Below, one piece after another: positions 1 through 13,284 of a stretch of DNA of 34,802 nt. Within the stretch, counting starts at the first letter, position 1; every line of letters begins with the position of its first letter. The notes under the pieces are model-generated. The model saw nothing but the letters and a program-made list of their open reading frames with translations. It did no database searches and was not told where the DNA came from. A program made the translations under genes and the position numbers. This DNA comes from Conidiobolus incongruus B7586 (taxonomy: Eukaryota), in assembly GCA_000697335.1 (NCBI GenBank), contig JNEM01006731.1, forward strand, positions 1 to 34,802, given 5' to 3'.

Positions 1-2894
1 ATAATATAAATTTAAATAATATTCTTTTCAATTTTAAAATAGAAAGTCTAATAATAAATGGTAATTCTAAATAAAATATTGTTATTTTAAATTGTTTATA
101 AATCTTAAATAATTTTAGAGGGTTTATAGTTAAATATGAATAAAATTAAAATAAAAGACTTTTGATGATCATTATCTAATTTAAACATAATTTAAATTTA
201 ACCTGAAATTTTAAATTAAAAATATTTTAAAGTTAACAATATATATGAAAAATCTGAAATTAAAAAAATTCTAAAATATATTTATTATTTATAGATATCA
301 GATAGAAGTAAATTTATATTAATTTGAGATTTTTATTTTATTTTTTAAAAAATATATATCAGATATATAAATATATATGTAAAGACTTTTTATCATATAA
401 AATTATAATAAATAAACATTAAATTTTTTTTAATAAAATTCCATAAATTAAATATATTATATTCTTTTATATTACAAATTTTCTAAAAATATTTACATAT
501 GGATTAATTAATTAATTTAATAAATTATAAATATATTAATTCTTATTAGATAATCTAACACACCGTTGATAATTTATATAATTGATATTCAATCATATTT
601 AAAGTAAACTTAGTATGTATTGATATATTTGAAATAAAATTATATTTTATATTTATATTAGTAATACAAATTATATTAGGATAAATAATTTTAAATTATT
701 ATTAATAATATAACGTTAACGTAAATCACAATATGGAATAGTTGTTGCAGATCATACCATAAACTGGATATTCTATAATTAGTTTATTAAATATATATTA
801 AATATAAAAATAGATAGAAAAATTTGAAAATTGAATTAAGCAATAAACACAAAATATTATTAAATCAATGTTAGTTAATGTATTGGCAATCAAACTATCA
901 ACTAAATCAATATTTTAAAATCAAAATCAAATGTCAAGTTTGAACAAGACAATAAAAACATCATATTTGAAATTACAAATTAATTTAATCTGACATATTC
1001 AATAAATCCTAGTATATAGTAATGCATCTAATGGATTGATGTAGTAGTATGTAACAAGAGATATTTTATCATTAATTAAACTATTTATCAATTAATAATA
1101 TAATCAATTTATTTAATATCATCGATAGAGCTGGTTAAGCATATTTTAGAATAATATTGTTGTAAAACTCACTTGTTTACAGTTCCATAGGTTTCAGGAT
1201 GGTGAAGATTTGTATTTGAGCTATTATTGTTGGAAGTCATTCTTCTGATCAAAGAGAGCTTTGTTAGATTCAATTTAAAAAGGGTTCTCAAAACAAGTAT
1301 CAAAACTAGGAGCATCCTTTATTATCATTCAATAAAATAGGTATTTATACTATGGAAAATGCAACTAAAATAATAGTTGCATCTATCAAAGCATCATCTA
1401 TTAACAAGAACATGCCTTATTATATGACACTCATATACAACAAATATAAAACTATCAAAATTTATATTTTTTATTATTAATTAAAATTACATATTTTTCT
1501 CTAATAATTGATGATATATCAATTCATAAAAATTTATTAATTATAAAAATAACAAATATTAATTCCCCAATTAAGAAATTGAATATTTAAAATAATTTAA
1601 CTATGAAAATTATATATTATTTTTTAAGGATAAAAAATTGAATAATGTTAAAAAATATTTTGAAAAAAAAAATTATATATTGAAAATGCGAATCTATTAT
1701 GAATATGATTTAATATTGCGTAAATAATAATAAATAATGATTCAGTTATTATTTTGAAACCTAAAGTTGTTAATGTTATATACATATATTATTATAATAT
1801 AAGTTATTCGCAATATCATTAGCATAGTAAAAATATTTATGTATAATTAAATTTTATAATATCAAAATTATTACTGCCATTTCAAATAACATCTTATGAA
1901 ACTCCAATTGAACTTGTAATGGATAGGATTTTTAATTATCTATAATCATTTTTCATTAATATGGGCGAAAGCTGAATGCATACAGCCAAAGAGATTGGCT
2001 CTGTAATTAAATGAATTATATAATTTCACCTATTATTTAATAGAAATAAATATATATGACTATATTAATATATTCTAGTCAATTTATACTTTATTAATTT
2101 AATCAATTGATATTATTCTTATAAATTTGTAAAATTAGATTACAATTGAGATAAAACGAGTAAAAAATAACTTTTAAATATGTTTCATAATTATTAATAT
2201 ACACATTTCTATATTAACATAGAAATTTTATTTTAAATAGTATACTGTTTAATATATCACTTTTCTATTATTCTTTTTGAAAAAATATTAATCAAACACA
2301 TTCGTATAACTGCTTCTCGAATTTTATAAGTTATATTTATTATATTTGCTAGATTAGCAAATGAAAACAAAATATGAGAAGTTTTTTGATAAAAATAATT
2401 GATTTAAGATTCTTGAACTGACCTTATCAGTCATAAATTAATCTAATGGATTTTTCATTTTACCAAATATTAGTGCGGTTTCTACCTCCTTTTAATTAAA
2501 AAGTATATAAAAACTTGATAAGTATACCATATATTTAGTCTCAAAAAGAAAGACTGAATTTTACGATGAATAAATTTGGTCTGTCAAAATAATAGGCTAA
2601 GTATCGAATATGCTTATAATAAAAGCAATATAAATTCAATCTAATGTATAGTTATTAAAATTTATTATTATATATTAATTATAAATAAATCTTGTAATTA
2701 AATGATTATTTCTTAATTTGTTACACAATTAATTAACCTTCACTCAATTAGTCAATTATCAATTTTTTTTCTACTTAAAAATAAAAATTTAAGGTTTATT
2801 CAAAAAATTTTAATTATTAATAAAAAAAAATTAAAAATTATATCTTACAGAAAAAAAAATAAAACGAAATATCAAAATAAAATTTTTTGATTAT

Positions 2895-2935
<41 letters not shown>
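2895..2935. repeat. Compound (AC)n(AT)n microsatellite
   Basis: Directly visible: acacac... 2895-2910 followed by atatat... to ~2935. An (ATT)n tract follows at ~3003-3029. Confidence 0.95.
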
Positions 2936-3916
2936 AATTAAAATGATCAACCATAATAATTTGTAAATTTTACAAAAATTTAGGACTTAAAATAAATTGA
3001 AATATTATTATTATTATTATTATTATTATAATATTGAGTAATAAAAGAGAAATATTATAACAAGTGTAAAAAATAATAAGGATTAAATTAATAAATTATA
3101 GTATTAAAAAATTTAACTCCCTAATATTTAACTCTAACAATGATCTATTTATTAATATTAATTTAAATATTTATAAAAAGAATATAAAAAATTTCGAAAA
3201 ATCTGATAATTCCCAAATTTAGATAGGTATTAATTAGGAAGATAATATGAATTTATTATTTGATTAATTCTAATGGGCGTTTTATTAGTTTGATTGCAAT
3301 TATATATAATTACAATACCTTCTGAAGGTTGGATATTTTTTTATTTGAATTTGATATAGAAATAACAAAAGAGCTAATTCTTTATTTTTATTTGCAATAA
3401 TTTTTTTAATCTGATTCAAAATTTTATCAATGTAAAACATTATGATGAATTTAAAATTGTGATACCTGTAATATTTTTCTCATCAAATTAATCCATTTTA
3501 GTTGGTCATACTTTCCCAATTGAGTTATCCACGTTATTTTATTAAATCATGATTATAGGTTTAATGTTAGTGATAACCAAACTAATCGTTTTAATAAACA
3601 ATAACATGCTATTAGTTTTTGCTATGTTGTGTATATTGGATTGTAAAATTGACCATGGTTATTATGAAACTGGCGCAAGGTTATTTTCCTATTACATTAA
3701 AAGAAAAATTTGTTTCAAAATAGTTGATAAAATTTGCATGAATTTGATATAAGTTAATAACTCATAATTTATTCAAGATTTCAAATGAAGAGTAATACTA
3801 TAGCTTCAATTGAATTAAAATACACTTAGATGGATATTCTCAGGGATAATAATACATTATAATCAGTTGTAATTTGTCCAAAAATATTCAATGTATGATT
3901 CGTGAATATTGTAGTA

Positions 3917-6900
3917 TTAGTGGGAGGCCTCGGACCTTTTTTTCTTACGACGTGGTTGGTTTGAAGGGCTTGATGATAATGTTTCATCGGGTTTGACTCT
4001 AAGAATAATTTTACGTTTGTTAGTGCCATTGGACTTGGATGTAATTTGCTCATAATGACAAGATTGACATATATAATGACCGATGGCATCACGGTTTGGC
4101 CACCAGAACGGCGATGTATCTTGATTACATTTGGAACATAGGGTGGTAGAATGATCAAAAATGGGTTGTTTTGAGTTTTGAGTGTTGTCATCATTGAACT
4201 GGTGACTTGTTTTATCAATATTTAACAATGATTTAGTATCAGAATTTTGTGTAGATGCGAGCGTTTGTGAAGAAGGTTGAATTGAGTGGCTGTTGGTCCC
4301 ATTGAGGTAATGGCTATATGTGCTCTGGCGTAAACATTTTTTATGCAGATCCTATAAAATTGTGAGAAACTGAATCATTGAAAACTGAGGTAACCGTTTA
4401 CCTTTAAATCAAAAGTTGATAATTCAGATAACTGTTTGAATGAATCGGATTCTTGTTCAAGTTTGCAATCATTACAATATATTACAGGGTCTAGAGTGCC
4501 GTTAGAAGTGGAAGAGGGTAATCGTTTGAACCCTAAAGTATAATTATTCTCAACTGCACATGTAACATGGAATCTTGTTCCGCATCCATCACATTTGGCA
4601 GATAATGAATTATCTTTGTGGCAGATTGAACATTCCTAAACATAAAATTATCAGTAACAAGTTCATAGCAGATATAATAATAAATTTACATTTTTCCATT
4701 CATCAATTGAGATCTCACTGATTCCGTTGATTTTATATTGACCAGTAGAGCTGGTAAAATGGATGGATGTTAAAAATATCGAGCAAATGATATGAGCCCA
4801 ATTTCCAGAGACGGTAGGTTTAACAGGGAACTGAGAAGCATCATCTGAGTTGAATTTTCTACACAGAACACATATGTAATTTTGATAATAACATACATCT
4901 GCCTTGTTCATGCATTGTTGGCAATGCCAATCTCGAGATTGATCAAATTGAGCAGGCAAAAGGTAGCATGTTTTATGTACTGTGGTTTTACAAGTACGAC
5001 ACTTTACCATTTGCTCAGGAGACTGTTTCGAATGGCATACTGTACAAGATGATGGAATGCTGAATTTTAGTATGATTGATGGGTGGGATTTCGTATCTGA
5101 TTTAGAATCTGATTTTAGTTCTTGAGGGTGCTGATTGTCATCAATAGTTGATTGCATACTGGGACTTGGTATTGAATTGGTAGGTAGAATGTTAGGAGAA
5201 GGTAATGCTTGATCCAGACTCTTGAGTGCTTTAGATAGAATATTATTAAATGCACAGCAACCCAACGGAGGTAAGGATATATTTTCTGATAAAAGATTTG
5301 GATCAAATCTGGACTTAATGAGGCTTTCTTTAAGTTTTTTCGATCGCTCCGAAGAGGAAAGTCGCTTCATCAGTGATTTATCCTTAGAATCTTTAGTTGA
5401 TAATGTGCTACTGTGATCATTAGATTTTTTCTTAACGATGGTTGAAGGTTTAACAGCGTTTTCTTTGTTGAGTCTAATAATCTCTTCAGTTATCTTAGGT
5501 AATTGAAAATATTTGGTCCAATGAGTATAACATTTGGAACAAAGATCACCAGAGATTTTCAAGTCATCCATGATATCGGGATGCAATTGATAAGTTAATT
5601 TTTCAAGTTTAGATTGACAATGTGCGCATGTATTGTTTGCTCGAGCACTTGATCTAGTTTTAACTAATCTAGCAACATCACGACCTTCTTCGACATATAA
5701 TGGTTCAAGTCCATGGGTAATCGTTTTAGCCATAGTGCGCAATTTAGCTCTATAAGAACTTAAAATAATTAATAATATGTATTGTATATATAGTAGTGTA
5801 CTTACGTCGACTTGATTTTGTTACCAACAGTTTTGGAAGCCCATTTGTAGAAATACTCTACAATTTGAGCTAGTGGACGATTAGGCAACTAAAAGGAGGG
5901 TTAATTCATTAGATAGATTAAAATATTAGAGCTGATATACCATTTTAGCGATGCTCTCAATATCTTCTGCGTATTTACACAGTGCCTTTTCAAAGGTAGC
6001 TTGTTCTTCATCCGTAAAAGGTAAATAGTTTTGAAGATCTACAATGCTCATGCCTTTCAATTTATCGATAATTTGCTGTGGCTCGAAATCTTCATCATCC
6101 ATCATTTTGACCGCTTTGTTTAGTAGTGCGTTGGAATGTACTGGAAGGGAAAATCCATCAGGATCCTTACGGATCATTTCCATTGTTTTTTGAACTAATA
6201 AATATAAGTATTAATATTAATTCATTTTTCAATAATTGTCTTTTTACTTTTGAGATCATGCTCTTTAGATTTGACCTGGAAGATGGGATCGGAAGAATGC
6301 AATGGAATATATTTCATTTTCTTGTTTTTTCGTTTGGTATATTGATTTTGATGCTTAGATGGCTGGTCTTGAGGGGTTGAAGCGGATAGCATCTCGGGAA
6401 TGATAGCTTGGTATTTAGGACCAACTCGATTACCAGCTCTTGGATAGATTGAGTCGTGAGGATCTAAATTGTGTTAAACGATGTTGTGGCAATAATATTC
6501 ATATATTTACCATTTAAGTCATCGAAATAAGAATATTTGCCAAAGTATCTGAAGATCCATCCATCGCTGGATCGAAGAGGTGGATTAGTATATACCGAAT
6601 TATCATTGTCTAATTGATAAAAAATCAATCATTTTGATCCAATTGAACCTTTTATAAATTTAATGTTACCTTTGCTGATTGGTTGCTTGTTAGTATTTGG
6701 ATAGGGATGGAGATTTGATTTCTCCTTTTGAGCTGTGTCATTTTGTTTTTCAGACAACTTATCTGAATGATCGCTCTTAGTAGATTTCCGATCATCTAAA
6801 CCATTTTGCTCTTTAAGTTTATCAAGTTTTCCTCTATTATTCTCAACACAAGTCGAGCATTCGAAAATATAACCCTTTCTTGGCTTGTTTTTAATAGGCG

Positions 6901-7966
6901 TAGCCATACATTTTCTATGAAATAATTTATTGCAACTAGAACATTCTATCCCTTCATGTCTAATAATAAACATAAATTAATTATAGTGAAAATAGAATAT
7001 TAGAAAAATTCTTACTCTGAGCACCATTCATTACAAAATGGACATTCTTGATATTCTTTCAAATATTCTTTCATTTGATTAGGCTCAGTTGCGATAAAAT
7101 GATACTTGTCTCGCAGTATTGATGCATATTGCTCTGGCATATTAGTAATATTATCCGTTGGTAATAATTTAAAGCTGATTAGAGAGAATCTATCGAATAA
7201 TTCATCAAAGTAAAAATGATCATCCAATTCAACATATTTGGATAAATCTTTGATATAGTTGGGATGGATAACAGTGCATTTTCCTTGAATTGCTCTGACG
7301 GAGAATTTTTCACAATGTATAATGGCATATAATTTCCTGGGCTCTTCTTTTTCGGATGGTAAAATCTGAATAAGATCTTTTTGTCTATAGTAAATGGCGA
7401 CTTTAACGTGCATCCCTTGGTTATCTTTTATAAATGTCATTATCCTTCCTATTAGGTGTGGGGCATTGGGATCTGATTGGGCCAAGTACACATGATCTGA
7501 AAAGAGTAAATAATTAATATGGTGATTGAATGGAAATGATTTGGTTTAAAATTTGATCCAAATTGTTAATAAAACGAATTATTAAAAAATGATTAATAAA
7601 CACAACTAGATGCCAATGTACAAATACAACATCATGAAAAAAAAATAAATTACCATTAATGCCAACGTTAAGACCGCCCGGAAGTACATGACTCGTTTTA
7701 GGAGCAGGATTCGTTTTCGGTTTATGGTTGTTGCTATTTCCACCGTTTTTGTCTGACTTAGTAACAATTTTATTATTAGTAGTATTTTCCGTTATTGAGG
7801 GCTTGACCACTTTTTTTGACTTTGTATTATGTTCTGAAGTTGTATTTGATGCTGGTTGTGAAGGTGATATGGATTCTGAGTTTAATTTTGGTGGAACGTT
7901 ATCATTAGATAGGATTGGAGTGGCGGGGCTACTTGTTTGTAGCCGAGCGGAAGTTCTTTTGGTCAT
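3917..7966 (-). CDS. SNT2: SNT2-like chromatin protein (BAH, PHD, ELM2, SANT, PHD/ePHD and GATA-like Zn fingers). Exons: 7966-7654, 7496-7016, 6959-6670, 6609-6511, 6463-6248, 6194-5941, 5888-5806, 5749-4690, 4635-4402, 4351-3917
   Basis: The minus-strand ORF fragments join in frame through nine GT-AG introns (157, 56, 60, 47, 53, 52, 56, 54, 50 nt). The spliced product has NDHVYL...IGRIM (BAH), CxxC...CSSC..FHRKC (PHD), WIFRYFG, IYPRAGNRVGPKYQA (ELM2), QIVEYFYKW (SANT), CTVC...CRTC..VHKTCY (PHD), WAHIICS...FHVTCA (ePHD) and C-terminal CSKC...SPFWW...CQSC. This domain order is characteristic of fungal Snt2. Confidence 0.9.
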
Positions 7967-7987
7967 ATTGTGATCAGAAATAAAATT

Positions 7988-8747
7988 CTAAAAAGTGCAA
8001 AAATGTATTAGTTTACTGTTTTCAGTTAATAATATATGTTAAAAAATTGATTATAATGTCAAAATAGAGGATAATTGAATGAATAATCGTAAAAAATTGA
8101 AAGCGAATAAAGTTTGAAGATGAGCAGATGAGCGAAGATTTGAAGTGAGTAAAATAACTGGAAAATGATATATTTATAAAGAAAATTGTTCATATAATTG
8201 ATGTTTTAAAATTAAAAATAGATGTATATTAATAAATATACGAAAAATGAGCATTTAATTTTGAGGTATAAAAGCTTAGATATTGGAGACATTTTTGGAA
8301 GTAGACAGGTAGAAAGCTACCAAGGGATAGCATTCATTTTAAAAAGAGGGCATTATTAATTAGTTTTGCTTAATGAGCAACTTTGATGAATAAAAATTGG
8401 TAAGATATTCGAGAAAGAGTATATTTAGAAAATTTTTTTGAAGTGAAATAAGTTGATATATATGAGCGGAAAAGTGATTAGAAATATGTCAAACATGATA
8501 AAATAATATTGTAGAGTGTAAAAAAGCACTTTAAAGTAAAAAAGAGATAAAATAAAAAATAGTTGTGCTCATTTGAAAAACAGATTAAGTATTTTGAGAA
8601 AACGTATTTTGTGAGCAAACGTAGTGATATAATATGAAAAAAGATGGTCAATTGATGGTAATGATGGAGCATTAAGCAAATAAGAGTAATAATGGTTTAA
8701 TGGTGCTGAAGTATAAGGACATATCAAGATAAGAATGATGGACTTAC
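7988..8747 (-). other. Putative 760-nt 5'UTR intron of the SNT2-like gene
   Basis: Minus strand: canonical donor AAG|GTAAGT at 8747, branch-like CTAAT near 8007-8011, and TTTTTAG acceptor at 7988, 21 nt upstream of the ATG. The interval is T-rich on the minus strand. Confidence 0.5.
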
Positions 8748-9584
8748 CTTTCAATGTGAGATGAACGAGAGAAAAGGACAAGAACAAAAATTAAAAAGAA
8801 AAATTTAGAAATTGTAATCGATGAAATTCAATTTAATTATTTGAGGAGATTAAAATTGTAAGAAATGTGTATTGCCTTATATTCATATTTTTCCAAATTG
8901 ATGGATCTATTTTTTTCTCATTAAGTATATATTATTATTAACATACCAAGATATCGTTGTTAAAGATTCATTTACAATATTTATAGAAGTAACTAAGTTG
9001 ATTTGCTTCATCACTATATGACTATATAATATTCTACTTATATGCTTGCTTAAGGTTGAGAATACCTTTGTTATGGATAGCTTCTCAATGCAATAGCGCT
9101 TATTTATTCTTCATTGATGAACCAACAAAATTGCAATTTACAAGATTCAATTTCCTAATTGAGAAGATGGGTGTGTTGTGGTATCATTTTTTATTGGTCC
9201 AACCTTAAAAGGTCTTACCAATATTCTCCCTTATTCATAAATTTTAAAACAAAATAATTTTAACTTTTTGATCAAACTTTTGTCATCAATATAGTCATTT
9301 CCATATCATCTTTTTATACCTAATTATTATCTATATAATTGATTGGCCATTAATATGAGTTTAAAAGCATATATTGTTCATCATATGTATTATATAGAAA
9401 ACTTCCGTTATATATTCAAAATATACAAAATAATAGCTTATACTGTTTTCTTTGATATTAAATTTCTATACAAAACAATGATTAAATATTCTTTGTATTT
9501 TATTAAGTTTAAGGACAACATCCTTATAATTTCAACAAGCAATAAATAAGAGTTCAGTTCTTTTGATTCTTGTTACAGACAATG

Positions 9585-9589
<5 letters not shown>

Positions 9590-9621
<32 letters not shown>
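9590..9621. repeat. (TA)n microsatellite
   Basis: Directly visible. Confidence 0.95.
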
Positions 9622-9622
<1 letters not shown>

Positions 9623-11930
9623 CTACTCAACAATTCTATTACTTATCCACTTCAACCACCAATATTTGTTTTTTTAACCAATTTATAAAAAAGAATAAAT
9701 ATGTATAATTGACATCTGAGTATTGAAATAGTATCGAATATTAATGCAATATATAGAGAGTCAAATATTTGATATATTTAAGCAATAATATTTTTGATAA
9801 TATCATTTATTGATTATAATGAAAAGTTAAAATATCAAAATAATTATTATTAAAATTATAATAGGGTTGCTCAGCATATAAGTTGAGATATTGCTAAAAA
9901 GTTCATTCAGTTTATTATAATCGTATTACTCCAGGTTGAGATGATTAAAGCTAGATAGAACAAGGATTCCATAAGACAATCAATGTATCTCTGCTTTATT
10001 ACGTAATCAAGTATTGATATATCAAGTTTGCTATGTTTTTGTTTTGTTAAAGATTGAAACCAACAATCCATTAATTTTAAGACAATAACAGTATATTCAA
10101 AGTATTTTAATAACAAGAAATCGAATATTTGAGTGATTAATCATTGTATTAAGTATGTAAAATTAATTTGAGAATATTATATTATGAGAAGATAACTGAG
10201 TTAGTAGAAAGTGCACTTTAATAATTGATGAAAATAGTGTAAAACCAATAATGAAATTATAGTAAATATTGCACTTTTGTAAAAATATTAATATCGTATT
10301 TCTAATCTAGCGGTCAATTCAAAGTAATCAGTATTCAAACTCAGATTTGAGTTTAAATATATTGATTATTAAGGAGGTAGCGATCATAGTAATATTAGTA
10401 CATAATTTGGAATAGAACTTTATTAAAAGATATCAAATAGTGATCTTGGGGAGTAAGTCATTATCCAATAATATTTACTCATACTAGAAATTTTGCAATT
10501 GTGGGTATCACATTGAAGCGAATTTTTATTTGGATTTTTTTTTTAAAATCTCATTATTTTATCTTGCTCAATAAAATTAGATAAATCATATCTTTTAAAG
10601 AACTTTTGTTCTTGATAAATGTTGTATTTTATATTAACTCTTTAAATTCTATATTGCCATTTGTGTTAAATGATTCAAACAAGGATGGAGTTAATTATAA
10701 TAACGTCAGGTGTTATCGGATTAATGATTTTTAAAAGTATTTGATCCGAAAAAGTCTTAGAAAATATGATATTTTACAAGCTGTTATTGATATTATTCTA
10801 TTAATCTAATTCATTGGATTATTAATTATGAATAAGAAATAGATATAAGATATAATGTATATATTTTTCTAAAAGAATACTGAACTCTCGTATTTGCTAC
10901 AATTATTAATCAAAAATATTAAGGTCAATTGAAATTGTAATGTAAATGGCTGAGATTAATTATTAGATAATTATGTTGATATTTATTCTTATGTCTCTAT
11001 TTCATTTATGATCAATTAATATTATCGTATTCATATTGATAAAATATGATAGACTTTTAGAACTAAAAATATTTGTTATTGATCTTAGTTTTTAGAATCA
11101 AATTAATTTTAAATAATTGATTACAATCCATAATTAAAGCTAGTTCATTAACTTTATTTCCAAAAATAGCAACTCAAAGATCATATATAAATCGATAAAT
11201 CTTCATTATTAATAATAAAACTGAATATATACCATCATTATTAATTTTAATAGTTTATGCCCATAATCATATTTTTTTTCAATTATAATATACAAAAATA
11301 ATTGTTTTGAATCCAAAAAAAAATTCAAAAATTAAGAAATTATGACATCATTTATTTGATTATATTTGATAGTTGCTTTAGAATTTGAAATTTCTCAATT
11401 TTCAATAATAACATTATAATGATGGTCCAGAACATATAATTTTAAGTCTATTGGTAAATATTTGTTTTTCATTATTAAAATAAGTTAAAAAGCTAATTAT
11501 TATTTTTATTAATCTGATAAAGAGACCTATTTTTTTAAATATATATATTAAAATATCCTTAGAATTTAAAATAATATAAAATATATGGTCAAAGAGGGTT
11601 AAAATTTCAATCAATATTTATAAAAATATCGAGATAGTTCAAATTTTAAAAATTTTTTGTGATTATTAATTTATTCAAATTTGACTGAAAGTTAATGCAC
11701 TTAGAGATTGATAAAAGCGAGCCACATTTGTATAAATATATAAATCTATAATGTTTTGTTTGCTTTAAGGACTTGATGCTCATCAAGTCTGAGCTATGCA
11801 TCAAATATCAAAAAATTAATATAATTAAATAGTATGGGATAATTATTATATGTTGACCTATTTATAAATAGCTATAAATAGATCAAATTATTTATAATAT
11901 AGCGACTTTTTAAATTTGATTGAGTGTATA

Positions 11931-12264
11931 GTTCTACCGATTGCTAGTAGAACGTTGATAATATGGAAGGAAGTGACTTGCTCGCGATTTGTTTGGTAGT
12001 TTGGTTAACGTGATTTATTGTGGTCTGTTAAGGGTTTAATGGGTTTCTCAGTAGACCAGAGGTGATAATGATAATGTACTCCGATAATGGTTCTTTTACA
12101 AACCATTCGTCGGCCGTGATTAATTCAAATAAGTGTTTTAGATCTTCAGAAAAATGAGAACTTGAAGTGGTGTGACGCGTATTCCGGGGTTACTACAACT
12201 CCATAAGGTAATAGATTGCGAGATGAAGTTGGTTGGGCGAGTTACTATCTAAGTAACCACAATA
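11931..12264 (+). ncRNA. Candidate structured non-coding RNA, family unassigned
   Basis: Relatively GC-rich island with no long ORF inside AT-rich intergenic DNA. Long-range helices: 11972-11983/12235-12246 and 11981-11993/12210-12222. Hairpins: 11931-11953, 12021-12058, 12081-12113. G-U pairs favour the + strand. Confidence 0.5.
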
Positions 12265-13284
12265 TTATGTAAAATTATGTTTTTGAAATTAGTCATTATT
12301 AATACTGCGCTAACAATCATTACTAGAATAGTAATTCTTTTTTGTTTAATAGTTATTAATATTGTAAAATAAATCATGGCCATATTATGTTTCCTTAAAA
12401 ATGCTATTTTCAAAATTTGACATACTTAAAAATAATTTTATTTGATATCAAATCAAATTTTTACTTCAACATTTCTAAAAGGAAAAAATATTTTTGGTCA
12501 AATATAAACAAGAATATATATTTCATATCTAAAGTTTTTAGTAAATAGTATGATATACCAATATAGCATAATAAACAAAACAAATCAGGAAACTCTCAAA
12601 CAATAAAAAGATCCGTATGTGAAAATAAAAATGAAGAACTAAAAAAGACAATATCGGATAATTTGACCAAATTTTAAAATTAAATAAATTTGGAAAAATT
12701 GGGGGAAATGCCTGCATGTGATTAAATTGAATTGAAAAATAATAGATTAGGAGGATATTGAAATGGAGATTTTGGGTCAATAATTGAGTTAAACTGTTTT
12801 ATAGAAATTAGATATATAATATAAGGATAGAGGTTATCAGCTTAGGTTGGAATGTTCATTTGTTATTTAGTGAAATACAAAATTATAATTACTATTTAAT
12901 TGCATCAAAATAAACACAAGTGTATCCTTTTATACCAAAATTTTTTGAAACTAAATTTGATTCTATTTAACAATTCAATATTCCAAACTTTTTTAATTGA
13001 AAAATATATTGATTAAGTTAGTAATGATTAATAATGAATAGATTATTGTATTTTTTGAATTTTAGAATGTATCAACATATTTTTTTATTATCAAAATGTG
13101 ATTAATTCAATTTGATATTGAAAACGTGTCAAATGTAATTTTATAAACACTGATTAAATGATCCATGATGATAATACTCATTTAAGGTATTTTTAATGTT
13201 TATTTACATATAATAACTTTTAATAATGAAAAATGGATATGAGTAGATATTAATTAATGGATTCTATGAAATAATGGATTGAAA

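Noticed and set aside
3468..3752. ORF 3549-3752, or a + strand gene built with 26-44 nt micro-introns
   Set aside because: The donors are mostly non-consensus (GTT), the introns are shorter than all well-supported introns here, more than one frame can be stitched, and no domain is recognisable.
12086..12107. Hairpin with CTTTTACA loop resembling U5 loop 1 or a histone stem-loop; GTATTCC/AACCA resembling snR30/U17 m1/m2
   Set aside because: Lacks the invariant GCCUUUUAC loop and an Sm site, is not in a histone 3'UTR, and the m1/m2-like words are not flanked by the required lower stem and ACA.
8478..12780. Short ORFs 8478-8672, 8569-8787, 9343-9549, 9907-10116, 11414-11614 and 12538-12780
   Set aside because: F/I/L/Y/K-rich translations typical of random AT-rich DNA, most with non-ATG starts and no motifs.
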